Below, piece after piece: positions 1 to 10,636 of a stretch of DNA of 64,000 nt. A program made the translations under genes and the position numbers. Each line of letters opens with the position of its first letter. The first letter of the stretch is position 1. The DNA comes from Candidatus Omnitrophota bacterium (lineage in GTDB: Bacteria > Omnitrophota > Gorgyraeia > Zapsychrales > Zapsychraceae). Below the pieces are notes generated by a model. That model did not search any database, had not been told where the DNA came from, and saw nothing but the letters and a program-made list of their open reading frames with translations. Location of the stretch: NCBI GenBank assembly GCA_021108075.1, contig JAIORP010000030.1, positions 133-64,132 of the forward strand, written 5' to 3'.

Positions 1-150
1 TAAATAGCTCTGATGTTTATGTTTAAGGATTTTTGCGTGAAGGGGAATTAAGCGACGGCAAGACAGGTCGTATCAATGTTACTTTGTTCCGGTGGAAATA
101 TGCGGTCTGTATGATGACGCCCCGTAAAAATGGACTGAAAATTGAAGGGA

Positions 151-783
151 TTACTCCACGAGGTTATTTTTTATGGCGTAATGGGTGATTTCAGCATTAT
201 TTTTCATGTTCGTTTTTTCAAGAATGCGTGCCCGGTAGGTGCTGATGGTTTTGACGCTTAAGGCCATCTCATTGGCAATCTCGGAAACGGTCTTCCCGGA
301 CGCGATTTTGCAAAACACTTCGTATTCGCGGTCAGAAAGTGTTTCATGCAAAGGCCGTTTTTTATCCAGCCCAATATCGTAAGCTAACCGTTCCGCCAAT
401 GTCTCGCTGATATATTTCCGTCCCGAAGCCACCTTTTCTATGGCACCGATTAACTTGCTTGTTTCAGAAATTTTTGTGATATAACCGGCTGCCCCGGCCC
501 GAATAGAGCGGATAGCGTATTGTTCTTCCGGGTGTGTGCTGATGATTAAGACGGGGGGATGCTTTTTCATATCAGAGATTTGTTTAAGGGTGTCAATTCC
601 GCCTTTTCCGGGCATTGAGATATCTAAGAGAATAACATCAAATATTTTTTTTTTGATTAAGGCAAGGACCTCTGAACCATTGTCTGCTTCGGCTGTTACT
701 TGAATGTGGCCAGCATCATTCAGGATTTGTTTTAGACCTGCTCGAACAATAGGGTGGTCATCAGCAATGAGTATTTTAATCAT
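151..783 (-). CDS. NarL/UvrY-family DNA-binding response regulator (REC + LuxR HTH)
   Basis: IADDHPIVRAG and LLDISMP receiver motifs; LSDREYEV...KTISTYR LuxR HTH. Confidence 0.95.
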   Translation of the reverse strand: MIKILIADDHPIVRAGLKQILNDAGHIQVTAEADNGSEVLALIKKKIFDVILLDISMPGKGGIDTLKQISDMKKHPPVLIISTHPEEQYAIRSIRAGAAGYITKISETSKLIGAIEKVASGRKYISETLAERLAYDIGLDKKRPLHETLSDREYEVFCKIASGKTVSEIANEMALSVKTISTYRARILEKTNMKNNAEITHYAIKNNLVE

Positions 784-789
784 AGTATT

Positions 790-2451
790 TTAATATATCT
801 GTTTATTCAGCTCCATGTTCTCGGAGATGGGTATTGATATTGAAATGAGAGTACCTTCTTTTTCTGACCCAACGATGGAGATTGTGCCTGAAAGGAATGT
901 CACGCGTTCGTTCATCCCGATCAGCCCAAATGATTTTTTGTTTTCAATATTGTTTTTTTTGATGCCGATGCCGTTATCCTGAATTGTTAAAGAAATATAT
1001 TTTCTCCCGATGCGTAACGTTGTCGATACCTTTGTCGCTTGTGCATGCCGGGCAATATTTGTCAGGGATTCCTGGTACAGGCGAAATATATTTGTTGCCA
1101 GATCCTTAGTCGGAAGGTCAGGACCTTGGATTGTTAATTCGAAATGGACGTTATTCCTTTTTCTGAATTCTTCTGTGTACCATTCAATGGCGGCAAACAA
1201 CCCCAGATCATCAAGAATACGGGGTCTTAATTCTTTTGTTAATCGTTGAGTGGTCGTAATCGTATTGTTCACAATTTTCATCGATTCTCGAATTTTTTTC
1301 TTTATCGTCTTTTGACCGAATATCCTTTTATGAATCCATTCCAGGTCAAAATGTAATGCGGTAAGGGCGTTGCCTAATTCGTCGTGAATATCACGGGCGA
1401 CATTTGTTCGTTCTTCCTCGCGAATTTTCATCAAGTGTTGGGCTAATGACCGGAATTGTTCTTTGGAATTTTCGAGGGCTTTTGTTCGATTGAGGATCGT
1501 TTTTTCTAAGTCCCGATGATACCGTTCAAGTATTTGTTCATTATTAACACGATCATTGATGATTCTGGCGATGGCTAAGATCGTTTTATTGTCAGGTTGC
1601 CTGCTCAAAACCCATTCGATCCAGCCGTAGTTTCCCTCGCTTCCAAGGCAATGGCCCTGAAAATTAGCCGGAGTTTCTCCCTGCATCAGTTTTTCGAATT
1701 GGTTTTGTAGACGTAAGCGGTCTTCAGGGTGCATGAAATCAAATAACGTTTTATTAAAAATATCATCTAATTTAAATCCTAATTCTATTTCACAGGCTTT
1801 GTTGATTTTAATAAACCGTCCTTTAGGGTCGACCTCCATTATGGCGAGGTTAGACCGTTTGATGATATCATTGAGCCTGAGATTGACATGATTGGAGATT
1901 AAGTTATGATGTTTATGTGTTTTTAATGTTAAATGTTGTCCCAGAAAATTAGCCATGATTTCGATGCTATAAATATCCTTGTCTGTGAAATCAGATGTTT
2001 TTGATCCTGTTGAAGCAAAGCATAATGTGCCGTAAAGTTTTTCTCTGACATATATAGGTGTGCCGATGTATGTTATGAGACCTAATTGTTCAAAGTAGTT
2101 TTGCTTTTCAGACTTAAAGGTGTTTGATTTGCGAGTGAACCAAACGGTTTTGCTTCCTCTGATAATTTCAGCACAATAGGTCTGATCGAGTACCAGGATA
2201 TTATTTGTCTGAAAGTGGATGTGTGGGCTTTGCACGGCAAGTATTTTATAGTTTTGACCATTGACTTTGCTGAGTAATCCATTCTCCATCCCAAATAGTT
2301 GAATCCCGGTTTTCAAGTAAGCATTAAACATCTTCGATGAATGAGTAAAATTTTGCTGAGTCAGGGAGTGTATCGCGTGAAGCGCTGTGTTGTTTGATTC
2401 CTTATGGCGAGTTTTCTTTGTTTTGGTGTGATAGATGTTTTTCATAAACAT
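790..2451 (-). CDS. Cytoplasmic sensor histidine kinase (GAF-PAS-HisKA_3-HATPase)
   Basis: ARDIHDELG H-box, ESLTNIARHA N-box, IQDNGIG, SFGLIGM; GAF (YIGTPI..LYGTLCF) and PAS (HPEDR) input domains; no obvious TM helix. Confidence 0.93.
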   Translation of the reverse strand: MFMKNIYHTKTKKTRHKESNNTALHAIHSLTQQNFTHSSKMFNAYLKTGIQLFGMENGLLSKVNGQNYKILAVQSPHIHFQTNNILVLDQTYCAEIIRGSKTVWFTRKSNTFKSEKQNYFEQLGLITYIGTPIYVREKLYGTLCFASTGSKTSDFTDKDIYSIEIMANFLGQHLTLKTHKHHNLISNHVNLRLNDIIKRSNLAIMEVDPKGRFIKINKACEIELGFKLDDIFNKTLFDFMHPEDRLRLQNQFEKLMQGETPANFQGHCLGSEGNYGWIEWVLSRQPDNKTILAIARIINDRVNNEQILERYHRDLEKTILNRTKALENSKEQFRSLAQHLMKIREEERTNVARDIHDELGNALTALHFDLEWIHKRIFGQKTIKKKIRESMKIVNNTITTTQRLTKELRPRILDDLGLFAAIEWYTEEFRKRNNVHFELTIQGPDLPTKDLATNIFRLYQESLTNIARHAQATKVSTTLRIGRKYISLTIQDNGIGIKKNNIENKKSFGLIGMNERVTFLSGTISIVGSEKEGTLISISIPISENMELNKQIY

Positions 2452-2494
2452 TTATTTTTTTATTGGTTTAAAAGATGTTCCCCCATATGAATTT

Positions 2495-2522
2495 ATTATA
2501 ATACATAACTGTTGTTGGTCAA
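2495..2522 (-). promoter_or_regulatory. Putative sigma70 promoter of the kinase/regulator operon
   Basis: Minus strand TTGACC-N16-TATAAT. Confidence 0.55.
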
Positions 2523-2923
2523 TTATTCTTTATCAGAGTTTGTCTGACAAAATCCTGGTTTAAATCAAATATAGCATATGAGATCGACGTCCTTAAAGAA
2601 CAAGCATTTCTATCTTTTGATGGGGAAATGTGTCGCAACTTATAAAACCTGAAAGAATAAAAAATACTTAAACCCTATAGGTAAATTTAGCACGAATCAC
2701 GAAACTGTTTTTTTTGGGGGGTATGTGAACATGAAACGAGACAGGCCCAAAAGGAATAGTATAACCTGACGTGTCGCAATGAACCAGGGCCTTTGCGATC
2801 AATAAATGCTTATGCTAAAACAGAGGCGTGGTATGGGCCAGACTTAAGGAATGATAGTCAATAGTGACGGGGATGTCGATAATATCCGTAAAATTCGCGC
2901 ATGAAGATCACCGTTATTTTTTC

Positions 2924-2951
2924 TTGACATTTCAGAACAAGATGATATACT
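2924..2951 (+). promoter_or_regulatory. sigma70 promoter of rplM-rpsI
   Basis: TTGACA-N16-TATACT with extended -10 TG. Confidence 0.7.
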
Positions 2952-3004
2952 TTCATATCCATGACAATAGAGCACAATTTTTTTTAATAATAAAGTGGTG
3001 AAAT

Positions 3005-3439
3005 ATGAAACAAAAAACTTACATGGCAAAAGACTCAGACGTTGTAAAAAAGTGTTATTTGATTGACGCTACTGATAAAGTTCTTGGTCGGGTGGCAACA
3101 AAAGTCGCGACCATTCTACGCGGCAAACATAAACCCACGTATACACCGCATGTGGATACAGGGGATATGGTTGTCATTATAAATTCCGAGAAGATTAGAG
3201 TAACAGGTAACAAGACAAAAGCAAAAGAATACCAGCGTTATTCCGGTTACCCATCAGGGCAGAAAACATTGACTTTTGAGAAGCTCATGGCTAAGGCTCC
3301 TAATCGAATTATGCAATTAGCTGTCAAACGCATGATTCCGCGCGGTCCGCTTGGCTACAAAATGATCACAAAGTTGAAAATATACTCAGGAGCTGAACAT
3401 CCGCATCAAGCTCAAAAACCAATTCTATTAGAAGTATAG
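3005..3439 (+). CDS. rplM: 50S ribosomal protein L13
   Basis: [27 protein letters not shown] signature. Confidence 0.99.
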   Translation: MKQKTYMAKDSDVVKKCYLIDATDKVLGRVATKVATILRGKHKPTYTPHVDTGDMVVIINSEKIRVTGNKTKAKEYQRYSGYPSGQKTLTFEKLMAKAPNRIMQLAVKRMIPRGPLGYKMITKLKIYSGAEHPHQAQKPILLEV

Positions 3440-3464
3440 TTTGAAATAGGAGAATATTAATATT

Positions 3465-3860
3465 ATGGTTGAAATGGTTAAATATGGCGCAACTGGCCGA
3501 CGTAAATGCTCTGTCGCTCGAGTCAATCTTATACCTGGAGCAGGTAGAATTCGAGTGAACAAACGTGATTTTGAATCATATTTTAAACGCGAGACAGATC
3601 GAATCAGTATTCTACAACCTTTAAAACTCACCAACACATTTGGTAAGTTCGATGTTGACGTTAAAATTATTGGTGGAGGTATGACGGGCCAGGCAGGAGC
3701 ATTCCGCCTGGGTTTATCCCGTGCCTTATCTCTTTGTGACCCAGAAAACAAAACGATTTTGAAGAAAGCTAACCTTTTAAGCCGGGATCCCAGGATGAAG
3801 GAAAGGCAGAAACCTGGTCAGAAGGGGGCTAGAAAACGATTTCAATGGGTTAAACGTTAA
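3465..3860 (+). CDS. rpsI: 30S ribosomal protein S9
   Basis: TGRRK..ARV, GGGMTGQAGAFRLG, RDPRMKER; follows rplM. Confidence 0.99.
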   Translation: MVEMVKYGATGRRKCSVARVNLIPGAGRIRVNKRDFESYFKRETDRISILQPLKLTNTFGKFDVDVKIIGGGMTGQAGAFRLGLSRALSLCDPENKTILKKANLLSRDPRMKERQKPGQKGARKRFQWVKR

Positions 3861-4032
3861 TCTGAACTATCATTTCTTTTCTTACGACCACCTTTATTTC
3901 CTGAATTGATTAAATGTAGCAAACATCATTTATTGGAAATGACTCTCTAATTAGTACAATTGAAGTATGGATAAATGTAATTTTGATATTTTTATGACAT
4001 ATCATTATGAGTCGTTTATATATATAAAAAAG

Positions 4033-4061
4033 TTGACGGACTGTTGTTTTTATTTTATCAT
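4033..4061 (+). promoter_or_regulatory. Putative sigma70 promoter of the arg/lys cluster
   Basis: TTGACG-N17-TATCAT. Confidence 0.55.
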
Positions 4062-4120
4062 AATCCATCATCTCTCAAGATCGTCGTGAAAAAAATATTT
4101 CTATCATGAAGAGGTTAACT

Positions 4121-5140
4121 ATGATTAAAATTGGTATTGTTGGAATCAGTGGTTATTCAGGCTTGTCCACACTGGAAATATTATTAAATCATCCGAACGT
4201 GCGTGTTATGTATGTCAGTGCGAATAACACGAGGGGAAAACTTAATGATATTTGGCCCCGGTTAAAAAGCCGGACAAAACTTTTTTGTGACAGATACAAT
4301 TCTGAGATTGCTATAAAAGAATGTGATTGTCTTTTTTTAGCTGTTCCACATACGGTGTCGATGATGATTACGCCTCAATTAATAAAGGCCGGAAAACGTG
4401 TTATTGATTTAAGTGGCGACTATCGCCTTGATCGTGTTAGCGAGTTTAAACGGTGGTATCATTCGGCACATCAAGATGGCAGGAATTTAAAGAAAGCTGT
4501 TTATGGCTTGCCGGAGTTATACCGGGCGGATATTCAGAAAGCGCAGCTGATTGCTAATCCAGGCTGTTTTCCGACAGCGGCGATACTCGGTTTGGCTCCT
4601 GTTGCCGCCATGTATGCGGATCAGATCCAGTCGATCATCATTGATGCTAAATCGGGGGTTAGTGGGGCTGGTAAGAAAGCGACATTAGGATTTAGTTATT
4701 GTGAGGTCAACGAAAATTTTAAGGCTTATCGAGTCTTGAACCATCAACACACGCCTGAAATCGATTTGTATTTATCGCAATTGAGTGGGACGAAGATGAC
4801 TGTCCATTTTGTCCCGCATTTGTTGCCGGTGAGCAGAGGGATACTTGAGACAATTTATGTGCAATTGTCCAGTAATATTAGTCCAGGTAAATTGATGACA
4901 CAGTATAAACGTTTTTATAAAACAGAACCTTTTGTGCGTGTCATGGATGCTGGGCAGCAGGTCGAGTTAAAAAATGTTCAGAATTCGAATTATTGTGACA
5001 TCAGTTTAGCTTTCAGCCCGGATAAAAGACTGCTTGTGATTACTTCCGTTATTGATAATCTTTTAAAAGGGGCCGCTGGTCAGGCTGTTCAGAATATGAA
5101 TATTATGTATGATATCGAAGAAAATACAGGTTTAAAGTGA
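4121..5140 (+). CDS. argC: N-acetyl-gamma-glutamyl-phosphate reductase
   Basis: GISGYSG, IANPGCFPT, SGVSGAG, DNLLKGAAGQAVQN; ATG 4121 follows GAGG. Confidence 0.97.
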   Translation: MIKIGIVGISGYSGLSTLEILLNHPNVRVMYVSANNTRGKLNDIWPRLKSRTKLFCDRYNSEIAIKECDCLFLAVPHTVSMMITPQLIKAGKRVIDLSGDYRLDRVSEFKRWYHSAHQDGRNLKKAVYGLPELYRADIQKAQLIANPGCFPTAAILGLAPVAAMYADQIQSIIIDAKSGVSGAGKKATLGFSYCEVNENFKAYRVLNHQHTPEIDLYLSQLSGTKMTVHFVPHLLPVSRGILETIYVQLSSNISPGKLMTQYKRFYKTEPFVRVMDAGQQVELKNVQNSNYCDISLAFSPDKRLLVITSVIDNLLKGAAGQAVQNMNIMYDIEENTGLK

Positions 5141-6288
5141 ATAAAAAGATAAAGAAAATAAAAGGAAATGTTACTGCTCCGTTAGGGTTTAAGGCTAAGG
5201 GGTTATGGTGCGGCTTGAAGCGTTCCAATCCTGATATCGCCCTCATTATGAGTGATGCTCCGGCATCTGCCGCAGGAGTTTTTACAAAGAACTCGATAAA
5301 AGCTGCGCCTTTGATCGTGAGCCAAAGACATTTAAGAAACGGCAAAGCGCGTGCTATTGTCGTCAATAGTGGTAACGCGAATTGTTTCACGGGAAGTTTC
5401 GGTCTGGTCTATGCCAACCAGACAGCGGAAATTTTCAGTCAACTGTTAGGCGTCAATAAATCAGACGTGATTGTCGCATCAACGGGCATCATTGGCAAAC
5501 CTTTGCCATTTGAGAAAATAAAGAAATCAGCGCCGCAACTTGTATCAAAACTGACAACAGCCCAAAAGAATACCGTCTCGGAAGCCATTTTAACGACGGA
5601 TAAAAAAACGAAAGAGAGCGCTGTTGAAATTGTGTTGGGTCATAAAAAGGTTACGATTGGTGCCTGTGCCAAAGGCTCTGGCATGGTTGCCCCTGATATG
5701 GCAACCATGTTGTGTTTTATCACAACAGATGCCGCTATTGAACCGGCATTACTTAAATCAGCCTTGTCGAAGGCGATTGAACTGTCGTTTAACTGCATTA
5801 CCATTGATGGTTGTATGAGTACCAATGACATGGTTGTTATCTTGGCGAATGGGCAGGCTCAAAATAAGACCATTAAGGCGAAGGATAAGGATTATGCATT
5901 GTTCACCGCCGCAGTGACGTCTATTTGTGAAGATTTAGCGAAAATGATTGTTATGGATGGTGAGGGCGCGACAAAATTGATCCAGATCAACATTCGCGGG
6001 GCAGGAACGAAACAGCAGGCCCAGAAATTAGGATTAGCCGTCGCTAATTCGAATCTGGTTAAAACGGCCGCTTTTGGCAACAATTCCAATTGGGGCCGTG
6101 TTGCTGCAGCCATAGGTTCACTGGGGATAAAGAGAATCAATGACTCAAATTTAAAAATTAGTTTTAGTCCATTTCACAAGAAAGAAATTATCATAACTGT
6201 TGACGTTCAATTGGGTGATGCCCAGGCTGTTGTCTACACGTCCGACCTTTCGTATGAGTATGTGCGGATTAATGTCGAATACAATTAA
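5137..6288 (+). CDS. argJ: Ornithine acetyltransferase / N-acetylglutamate synthase ArgJ
   Basis: NSGNANC, STGIIG, KGSGM..P.MATML autoproteolysis site, STND, DGEGATK; GTG start overlaps the argC stop. Confidence 0.96.
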   Translation: MNKKIKKIKGNVTAPLGFKAKGLWCGLKRSNPDIALIMSDAPASAAGVFTKNSIKAAPLIVSQRHLRNGKARAIVVNSGNANCFTGSFGLVYANQTAEIFSQLLGVNKSDVIVASTGIIGKPLPFEKIKKSAPQLVSKLTTAQKNTVSEAILTTDKKTKESAVEIVLGHKKVTIGACAKGSGMVAPDMATMLCFITTDAAIEPALLKSALSKAIELSFNCITIDGCMSTNDMVVILANGQAQNKTIKAKDKDYALFTAAVTSICEDLAKMIVMDGEGATKLIQINIRGAGTKQQAQKLGLAVANSNLVKTAAFGNNSNWGRVAAAIGSLGIKRINDSNLKISFSPFHKKEIIITVDVQLGDAQAVVYTSDLSYEYVRINVEYN

Positions 6289-6304
6289 CAAAAAAGAAAC
6301 GATC

Positions 6305-7156
6305 ATGGATGAGTTTATCAAGAAAGCAAGTGTTTTAATTGAGGCTATTCCGTATATCCATTCTTTTAGACGGAAATTATTTGTCATTAAATATGGTGGA
6401 AGCATACTGGATGACGTTGAGATCCGGCGAAAAGTTTTAGAAGATATCGTCTTTTTGAGCTATGTGGGGATCCGGACGATCCTAGTGCATGGCGGCGGCC
6501 CTCGTATCAGCTCGAGGGTTAAAGAGGCGGGACTAACGCCGGAGTTTCATGATGGCATTCGAGTCACGGACGAAAGCACGTTGAGTATCGTTAGCGAAGA
6601 GTTGGACAGGCTGAATAAAAAGATCGTTGAAGAAATCACTTCGCTCAAAGGTGATGTCACCGGTTTGAAGGGAAGTGAGAATATTATCCATGTCGAAAAA
6701 AGAAAATCAGAAAGAGATTTAGGATTCGTTGGGAGGATTACGGCGATTGATCATGATCAACTTCAGGCTCATTTGCGGCAAGGACATATCACGGTTATAT
6801 CCCCTATGGGGATCAGTGTTGATCAGCAACCACATAATGTTAATGCTGATGAAGTTGCCAGTGCCATATCCGCATCCATGGGCGCTGAGAAATTGGTGTT
6901 GCTGACAAATGTCCATGGCGTCTTAAAGGAAGCTCAGGATATATCATCATTGATTTCCACCCTGCGTATCAATGAGATCAGTGATTTGATCAATAAAGAC
7001 ATTATTCATGGGGGAATGATCCCCAAAGTAACGGCCTGTGTGGATGCCTTACGCAGTGGGGTAAAGAAAACTCACATCATTGATGCCAGAATCGAGCATG
7101 CTTTGCTTCTCGAGTTTTTTACCAACCGTGGTGTGGGAACCCAAATTATTCATTAA
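6305..7156 (+). CDS. argB: Acetylglutamate kinase
   Basis: VIKYGGS, VHGGGP, NVNAD, GGMIPKV; likely ATG 6305. Confidence 0.97.
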   Translation: MDEFIKKASVLIEAIPYIHSFRRKLFVIKYGGSILDDVEIRRKVLEDIVFLSYVGIRTILVHGGGPRISSRVKEAGLTPEFHDGIRVTDESTLSIVSEELDRLNKKIVEEITSLKGDVTGLKGSENIIHVEKRKSERDLGFVGRITAIDHDQLQAHLRQGHITVISPMGISVDQQPHNVNADEVASAISASMGAEKLVLLTNVHGVLKEAQDISSLISTLRINEISDLINKDIIHGGMIPKVTACVDALRSGVKKTHIIDARIEHALLLEFFTNRGVGTQIIH

Positions 7157-7181
7157 TGCTGAAAGACAACAATACATTGTT

Positions 7182-8402
7182 ATGAAAAAAGACGACATCA
7201 TAAAAGATTATCAAGAGTATATTTTATCGACGTATACGCGTACTCCGGCGGTATTTGTAAAGGGCAAAGGCATGCAATTAACCGATATCCACGATAAGAA
7301 ATATTTGGATTTTTTTCCTGGCTGGGGTGTGAATAATGTTGGTCATTGTCATCCTAAGGTCATGTCTGCTGTGCGTGATCAAGTTAATAAGTTGATTCAC
7401 ATCCCTAACAATTTTTACCACCCGCAACAGGTCAAGCTTGCCAGGGAGATCATTTATCAGTCTTTTCCAGGGAAATTGTTTTTTTGTAATAGCGGGGCGG
7501 AAGGATGTGAATCCGCTATTAAATTTGCGCGGGCTTACGGGCGAGGGCAGAGATATGAAATTATCTCGATGAATAAATCTTTCCATGGACGCACATTGGG
7601 CGCATTATCGGCAACAGGTCAGGCCCAATATCAGGAAGGTTTTCATCCATTGCCGGAAGGTTTTAAGACGGTCGATTTTAATGATATTGGTGCGGTCAAG
7701 AAGGCGTTGACTGAAAAGACCGTGGCGATTATGTTGGAACTTGTTCAGGGAGAAGGTGGGATTCATATCGCAACCAGAGATTATGTCGATTCTTTGAGGG
7801 CTTTATGCGATGAGAAAGATTTACTTTTGATCTTTGATGAAGTGCAGACAGGCATGGGACGTACAGGAGAAATGTTCGCGTATAAACATTATTCTGTGAT
7901 ACCTGATGTGATGGTTTTAGCCAAGGCCTTGGGCGGTGGTTTGCCGATCGGGGCCATTGTTGTCAAGAAAGATAAGGCTGATGTTTTTAAGCCCGGGATG
8001 CACGCTTCGACGTTTGGTGGCAGCCCATTGGTCTGCAAGGCAGCTTTAGGCGTGTTTAAAGCGATTCAGTCCGACAAGATGTTGGTAAATTGTCAGAAGA
8101 TGGGACTGTATATTATAGAACAGGTTGAAGGGCTGAAGAATCAAATTGATTGCATTAAGGATGTGAGAGGATTAGGATTGATGATTGGAATTGAGTTGAA
8201 TATCCCGGGCGCAGAAATCGTCGAGGAGTGTTTTCGTTTGGGTCTCATCATCAATTGCACGCAAGGTCATATTCTGCGTTTTATGCCGGCGTTGAACGTC
8301 ACTCAGAAACAAGTCGATAAAGCGATAAATATATTGAAAAAATCGATGACAACTGTGGCGGGTCGTAAAATAATAAATAGCGTTGAACTAGAAGAGGGTT
8401 GA
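7182..8402 (+). CDS. argD: Acetylornithine aminotransferase (class III PLP)
   Basis: FCNSGAE, SFHGRT, DEVQTGMGRTG, AKALGGG; position in arg cluster. Confidence 0.95.
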   Translation: MKKDDIIKDYQEYILSTYTRTPAVFVKGKGMQLTDIHDKKYLDFFPGWGVNNVGHCHPKVMSAVRDQVNKLIHIPNNFYHPQQVKLAREIIYQSFPGKLFFCNSGAEGCESAIKFARAYGRGQRYEIISMNKSFHGRTLGALSATGQAQYQEGFHPLPEGFKTVDFNDIGAVKKALTEKTVAIMLELVQGEGGIHIATRDYVDSLRALCDEKDLLLIFDEVQTGMGRTGEMFAYKHYSVIPDVMVLAKALGGGLPIGAIVVKKDKADVFKPGMHASTFGGSPLVCKAALGVFKAIQSDKMLVNCQKMGLYIIEQVEGLKNQIDCIKDVRGLGLMIGIELNIPGAEIVEECFRLGLIINCTQGHILRFMPALNVTQKQVDKAINILKKSMTTVAGRKIINSVELEEG

Positions 8403-8404
8403 AA

Positions 8405-9331
8405 ATGAAAAGAGATTTGCTGAGCCTGCAGGATCTAACTCGTCCAGAAATATTTCGTGTTTTAGATTTAACCGAAAAGGTGAAATCTGACCGATCCGGT
8501 TATCAGACGGCTTTGCAGGGAAAATCGATCGCCCTTGTTTTTCAGAAGCCTTCTAATCGCACGCGCGTTTCCTTTGAAGTCGGCATCAATCAATTAGGGG
8601 GTAACTGTATTTACCTGGGACCGACGGAAATTAACCTGGGTGTCCGCGAGTCGGTTGAAGACGTCTCAAAAACATTGTCCCGTTATTTGGATGGGATTAT
8701 TGCGCGGACTTTTTATCATCAGGATATTGTTGAATTAAGTAAGAATTCTTCAATATCTATTGTTAATGGTTTATCCGATTTATATCATCCTTGCCAGGCC
8801 TTAACAGATATATTTTCATTTAAGGAAAAGGTTGGAACGCTTGAAGGCCGGACGCTTGCCTATATCGGCGATGGCAATAACGTCTGTCATTCCTTGTTGT
8901 TAGCCTGTTCTAAGGTCGGGATTAACATGAACATTGCCACGCCTCCGGGCTATGAGCCTGATGTTGAAATACTGAAGATTGCACAAGCATCAGCCGATTT
9001 GACAAATGCCAAATTATTTTTGACGCATGATCCCCTGGAAGCTTCGGATGGCGTTGACGTTATATATACGGATGTTTGGGTCAGTATGGGGCAGGAAGAA
9101 GAGCAAAAGAAACGTTTATCTGATTTTCAAGGATTTCAAATCAATAGCAATTTTTTTGCGCGAGCCAATTCGAACGCTATCTTTATGCATTGTTTGCCCG
9201 CTCATAGGGATCAGGAAGTTTCCGTCGAGGTTATCGATGGTCCTCAGTCAATTGTTTTTGATCAGGCCGAGAACCGTCTGCATACCCAGAAAGCAATCCT
9301 ACTGTTTTTGATGGAGGGATTGTCGTCATAA
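8405..9331 (+). CDS. argF: Ornithine carbamoyltransferase
   Basis: KPSNRTRVSFE, HPCQ, DVWVSMG, HCLP, QAENR. Confidence 0.96.
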   Translation: MKRDLLSLQDLTRPEIFRVLDLTEKVKSDRSGYQTALQGKSIALVFQKPSNRTRVSFEVGINQLGGNCIYLGPTEINLGVRESVEDVSKTLSRYLDGIIARTFYHQDIVELSKNSSISIVNGLSDLYHPCQALTDIFSFKEKVGTLEGRTLAYIGDGNNVCHSLLLACSKVGINMNIATPPGYEPDVEILKIAQASADLTNAKLFLTHDPLEASDGVDVIYTDVWVSMGQEEEQKKRLSDFQGFQINSNFFARANSNAIFMHCLPAHRDQEVSVEVIDGPQSIVFDQAENRLHTQKAILLFLMEGLSS

Positions 9332-9445
9332 CTTTCATGCATTATTCAACAATATTATCGGATGTTTTTTGTGGGACCGTAATGTTTGAACCCCGATGAA
9401 TTATTTATCTCAATACCATTTCAATTGTTTAAAAGAGAGGAAAGC

Positions 9446-10615
9446 ATGAAAAAAGTTGTTTTGGCTTATTCCGGAGGCTTAGATACGTCTTGCATCATTC
9501 CTTGGATGAAGGATAAAGGTTATGAAACAATCGCGTTTATTGCGAATGTCGGGCAAGGTTCCGATTTCAAAGCGATTAAACAGAAGGCTTTGAAAACAGG
9601 GGCGTCGAAAGTTTATTGTCTTGATTTGCAAAAAGAATTTATTGAGGACTATGTTTTCCCAGCCTTGAAAGCAGGCGCTCTTTATGAAGAAAAGTATGTT
9701 TTGGCATGTGCTTTATCCCGTCCTTTGATCGCTAAACATCAAGTCCTGATTGCTCAAAAAGAAAAGGCTGATGCGATCGCGCATGGCTGCACCGGCAAGG
9801 GGAATGATCAGGTTCGCTTTGAGGTAACAGCCAGAATGATGTCTCCGGATATTGATATCATCGCGCCTGTTCGGACGTGGGAATTAAAGACGCGTGAAGA
9901 AGAAATGGAGTATTTGAAATCGAAGAATATTCCCATTGAAGTCACGAAGAAAAGCCCCTATAGTATCGATGTCAATATTTATGGCCGGGCGGTTGAGTGT
10001 GGTGTTTTGGAAGATCCCTGGTCCGAGCCGCCTGAAAATATTTACGCGCTGACGGTTGATCCTCGCAAGGCTCCGAATAAGCCTGCTTATATTGATATTG
10101 GTTTTGTCAACGGGATACCAAAAAAAATCGAAGGTAAGGGATATAAACCGATTGATTTAGTTCGCCAATTAAATGAGATCGGCGGGAAGAATAGTGTTGG
10201 ACGCATGGATATGATCGAAAATCGCCTCGTCGGCATTAAATCGAGAGAGATTTATGAGAATCCAGCCGGTACAATTTTGCATGTTGCCTTGAAAGAGTTG
10301 GAGAGCCTTGTTCTTGACCGTGAGACCATGCGTTTTCGGCAATTATTAGCCCAGAAATATGCGACTTTAATTTATAATGGGTTATGGATTATTCCATTGC
10401 GTGAACAACTGGACGCTTTTTTTGATAAACTGCATGAGAGAACGACTGGCACGGTTCGTTTGAAATTGTTAAAAGGAAGTTGCGTTCCTGTTGGACGAAA
10501 GTCTACCTATTCCCGCTACAAACTGAAGATGGCAACATATGGTCAAGGAGATGTTTTTGATCAGACTTTATCCGAAGGTTTTGTTAAATTGTGGGGCACG
10601 CCGTTTCAAGAATAA
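9446..10615 (+). CDS. argG: Argininosuccinate synthase
   Basis: VVLAYSGGLDTS, HGCTGKGNDQVRFE, ENRLVGIKSREIYE. Confidence 0.98.
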   Translation: MKKVVLAYSGGLDTSCIIPWMKDKGYETIAFIANVGQGSDFKAIKQKALKTGASKVYCLDLQKEFIEDYVFPALKAGALYEEKYVLACALSRPLIAKHQVLIAQKEKADAIAHGCTGKGNDQVRFEVTARMMSPDIDIIAPVRTWELKTREEEMEYLKSKNIPIEVTKKSPYSIDVNIYGRAVECGVLEDPWSEPPENIYALTVDPRKAPNKPAYIDIGFVNGIPKKIEGKGYKPIDLVRQLNEIGGKNSVGRMDMIENRLVGIKSREIYENPAGTILHVALKELESLVLDRETMRFRQLLAQKYATLIYNGLWIIPLREQLDAFFDKLHERTTGTVRLKLLKGSCVPVGRKSTYSRYKLKMATYGQGDVFDQTLSEGFVKLWGTPFQE

Positions 10616-10636
10616 TTCAAAATAAAGGATTGTGTT

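Noticed and set aside
2731-2769. Short ORF MKRDRPKRNSIT upstream of rplM
   Set aside because: Lies upstream of the rplM promoter with no attenuator structure; likely chance
3900-4030. ARG-box-like AT-rich sequences upstream of argC
   Set aside because: Poor match to the ArgR palindrome in very AT-rich DNA
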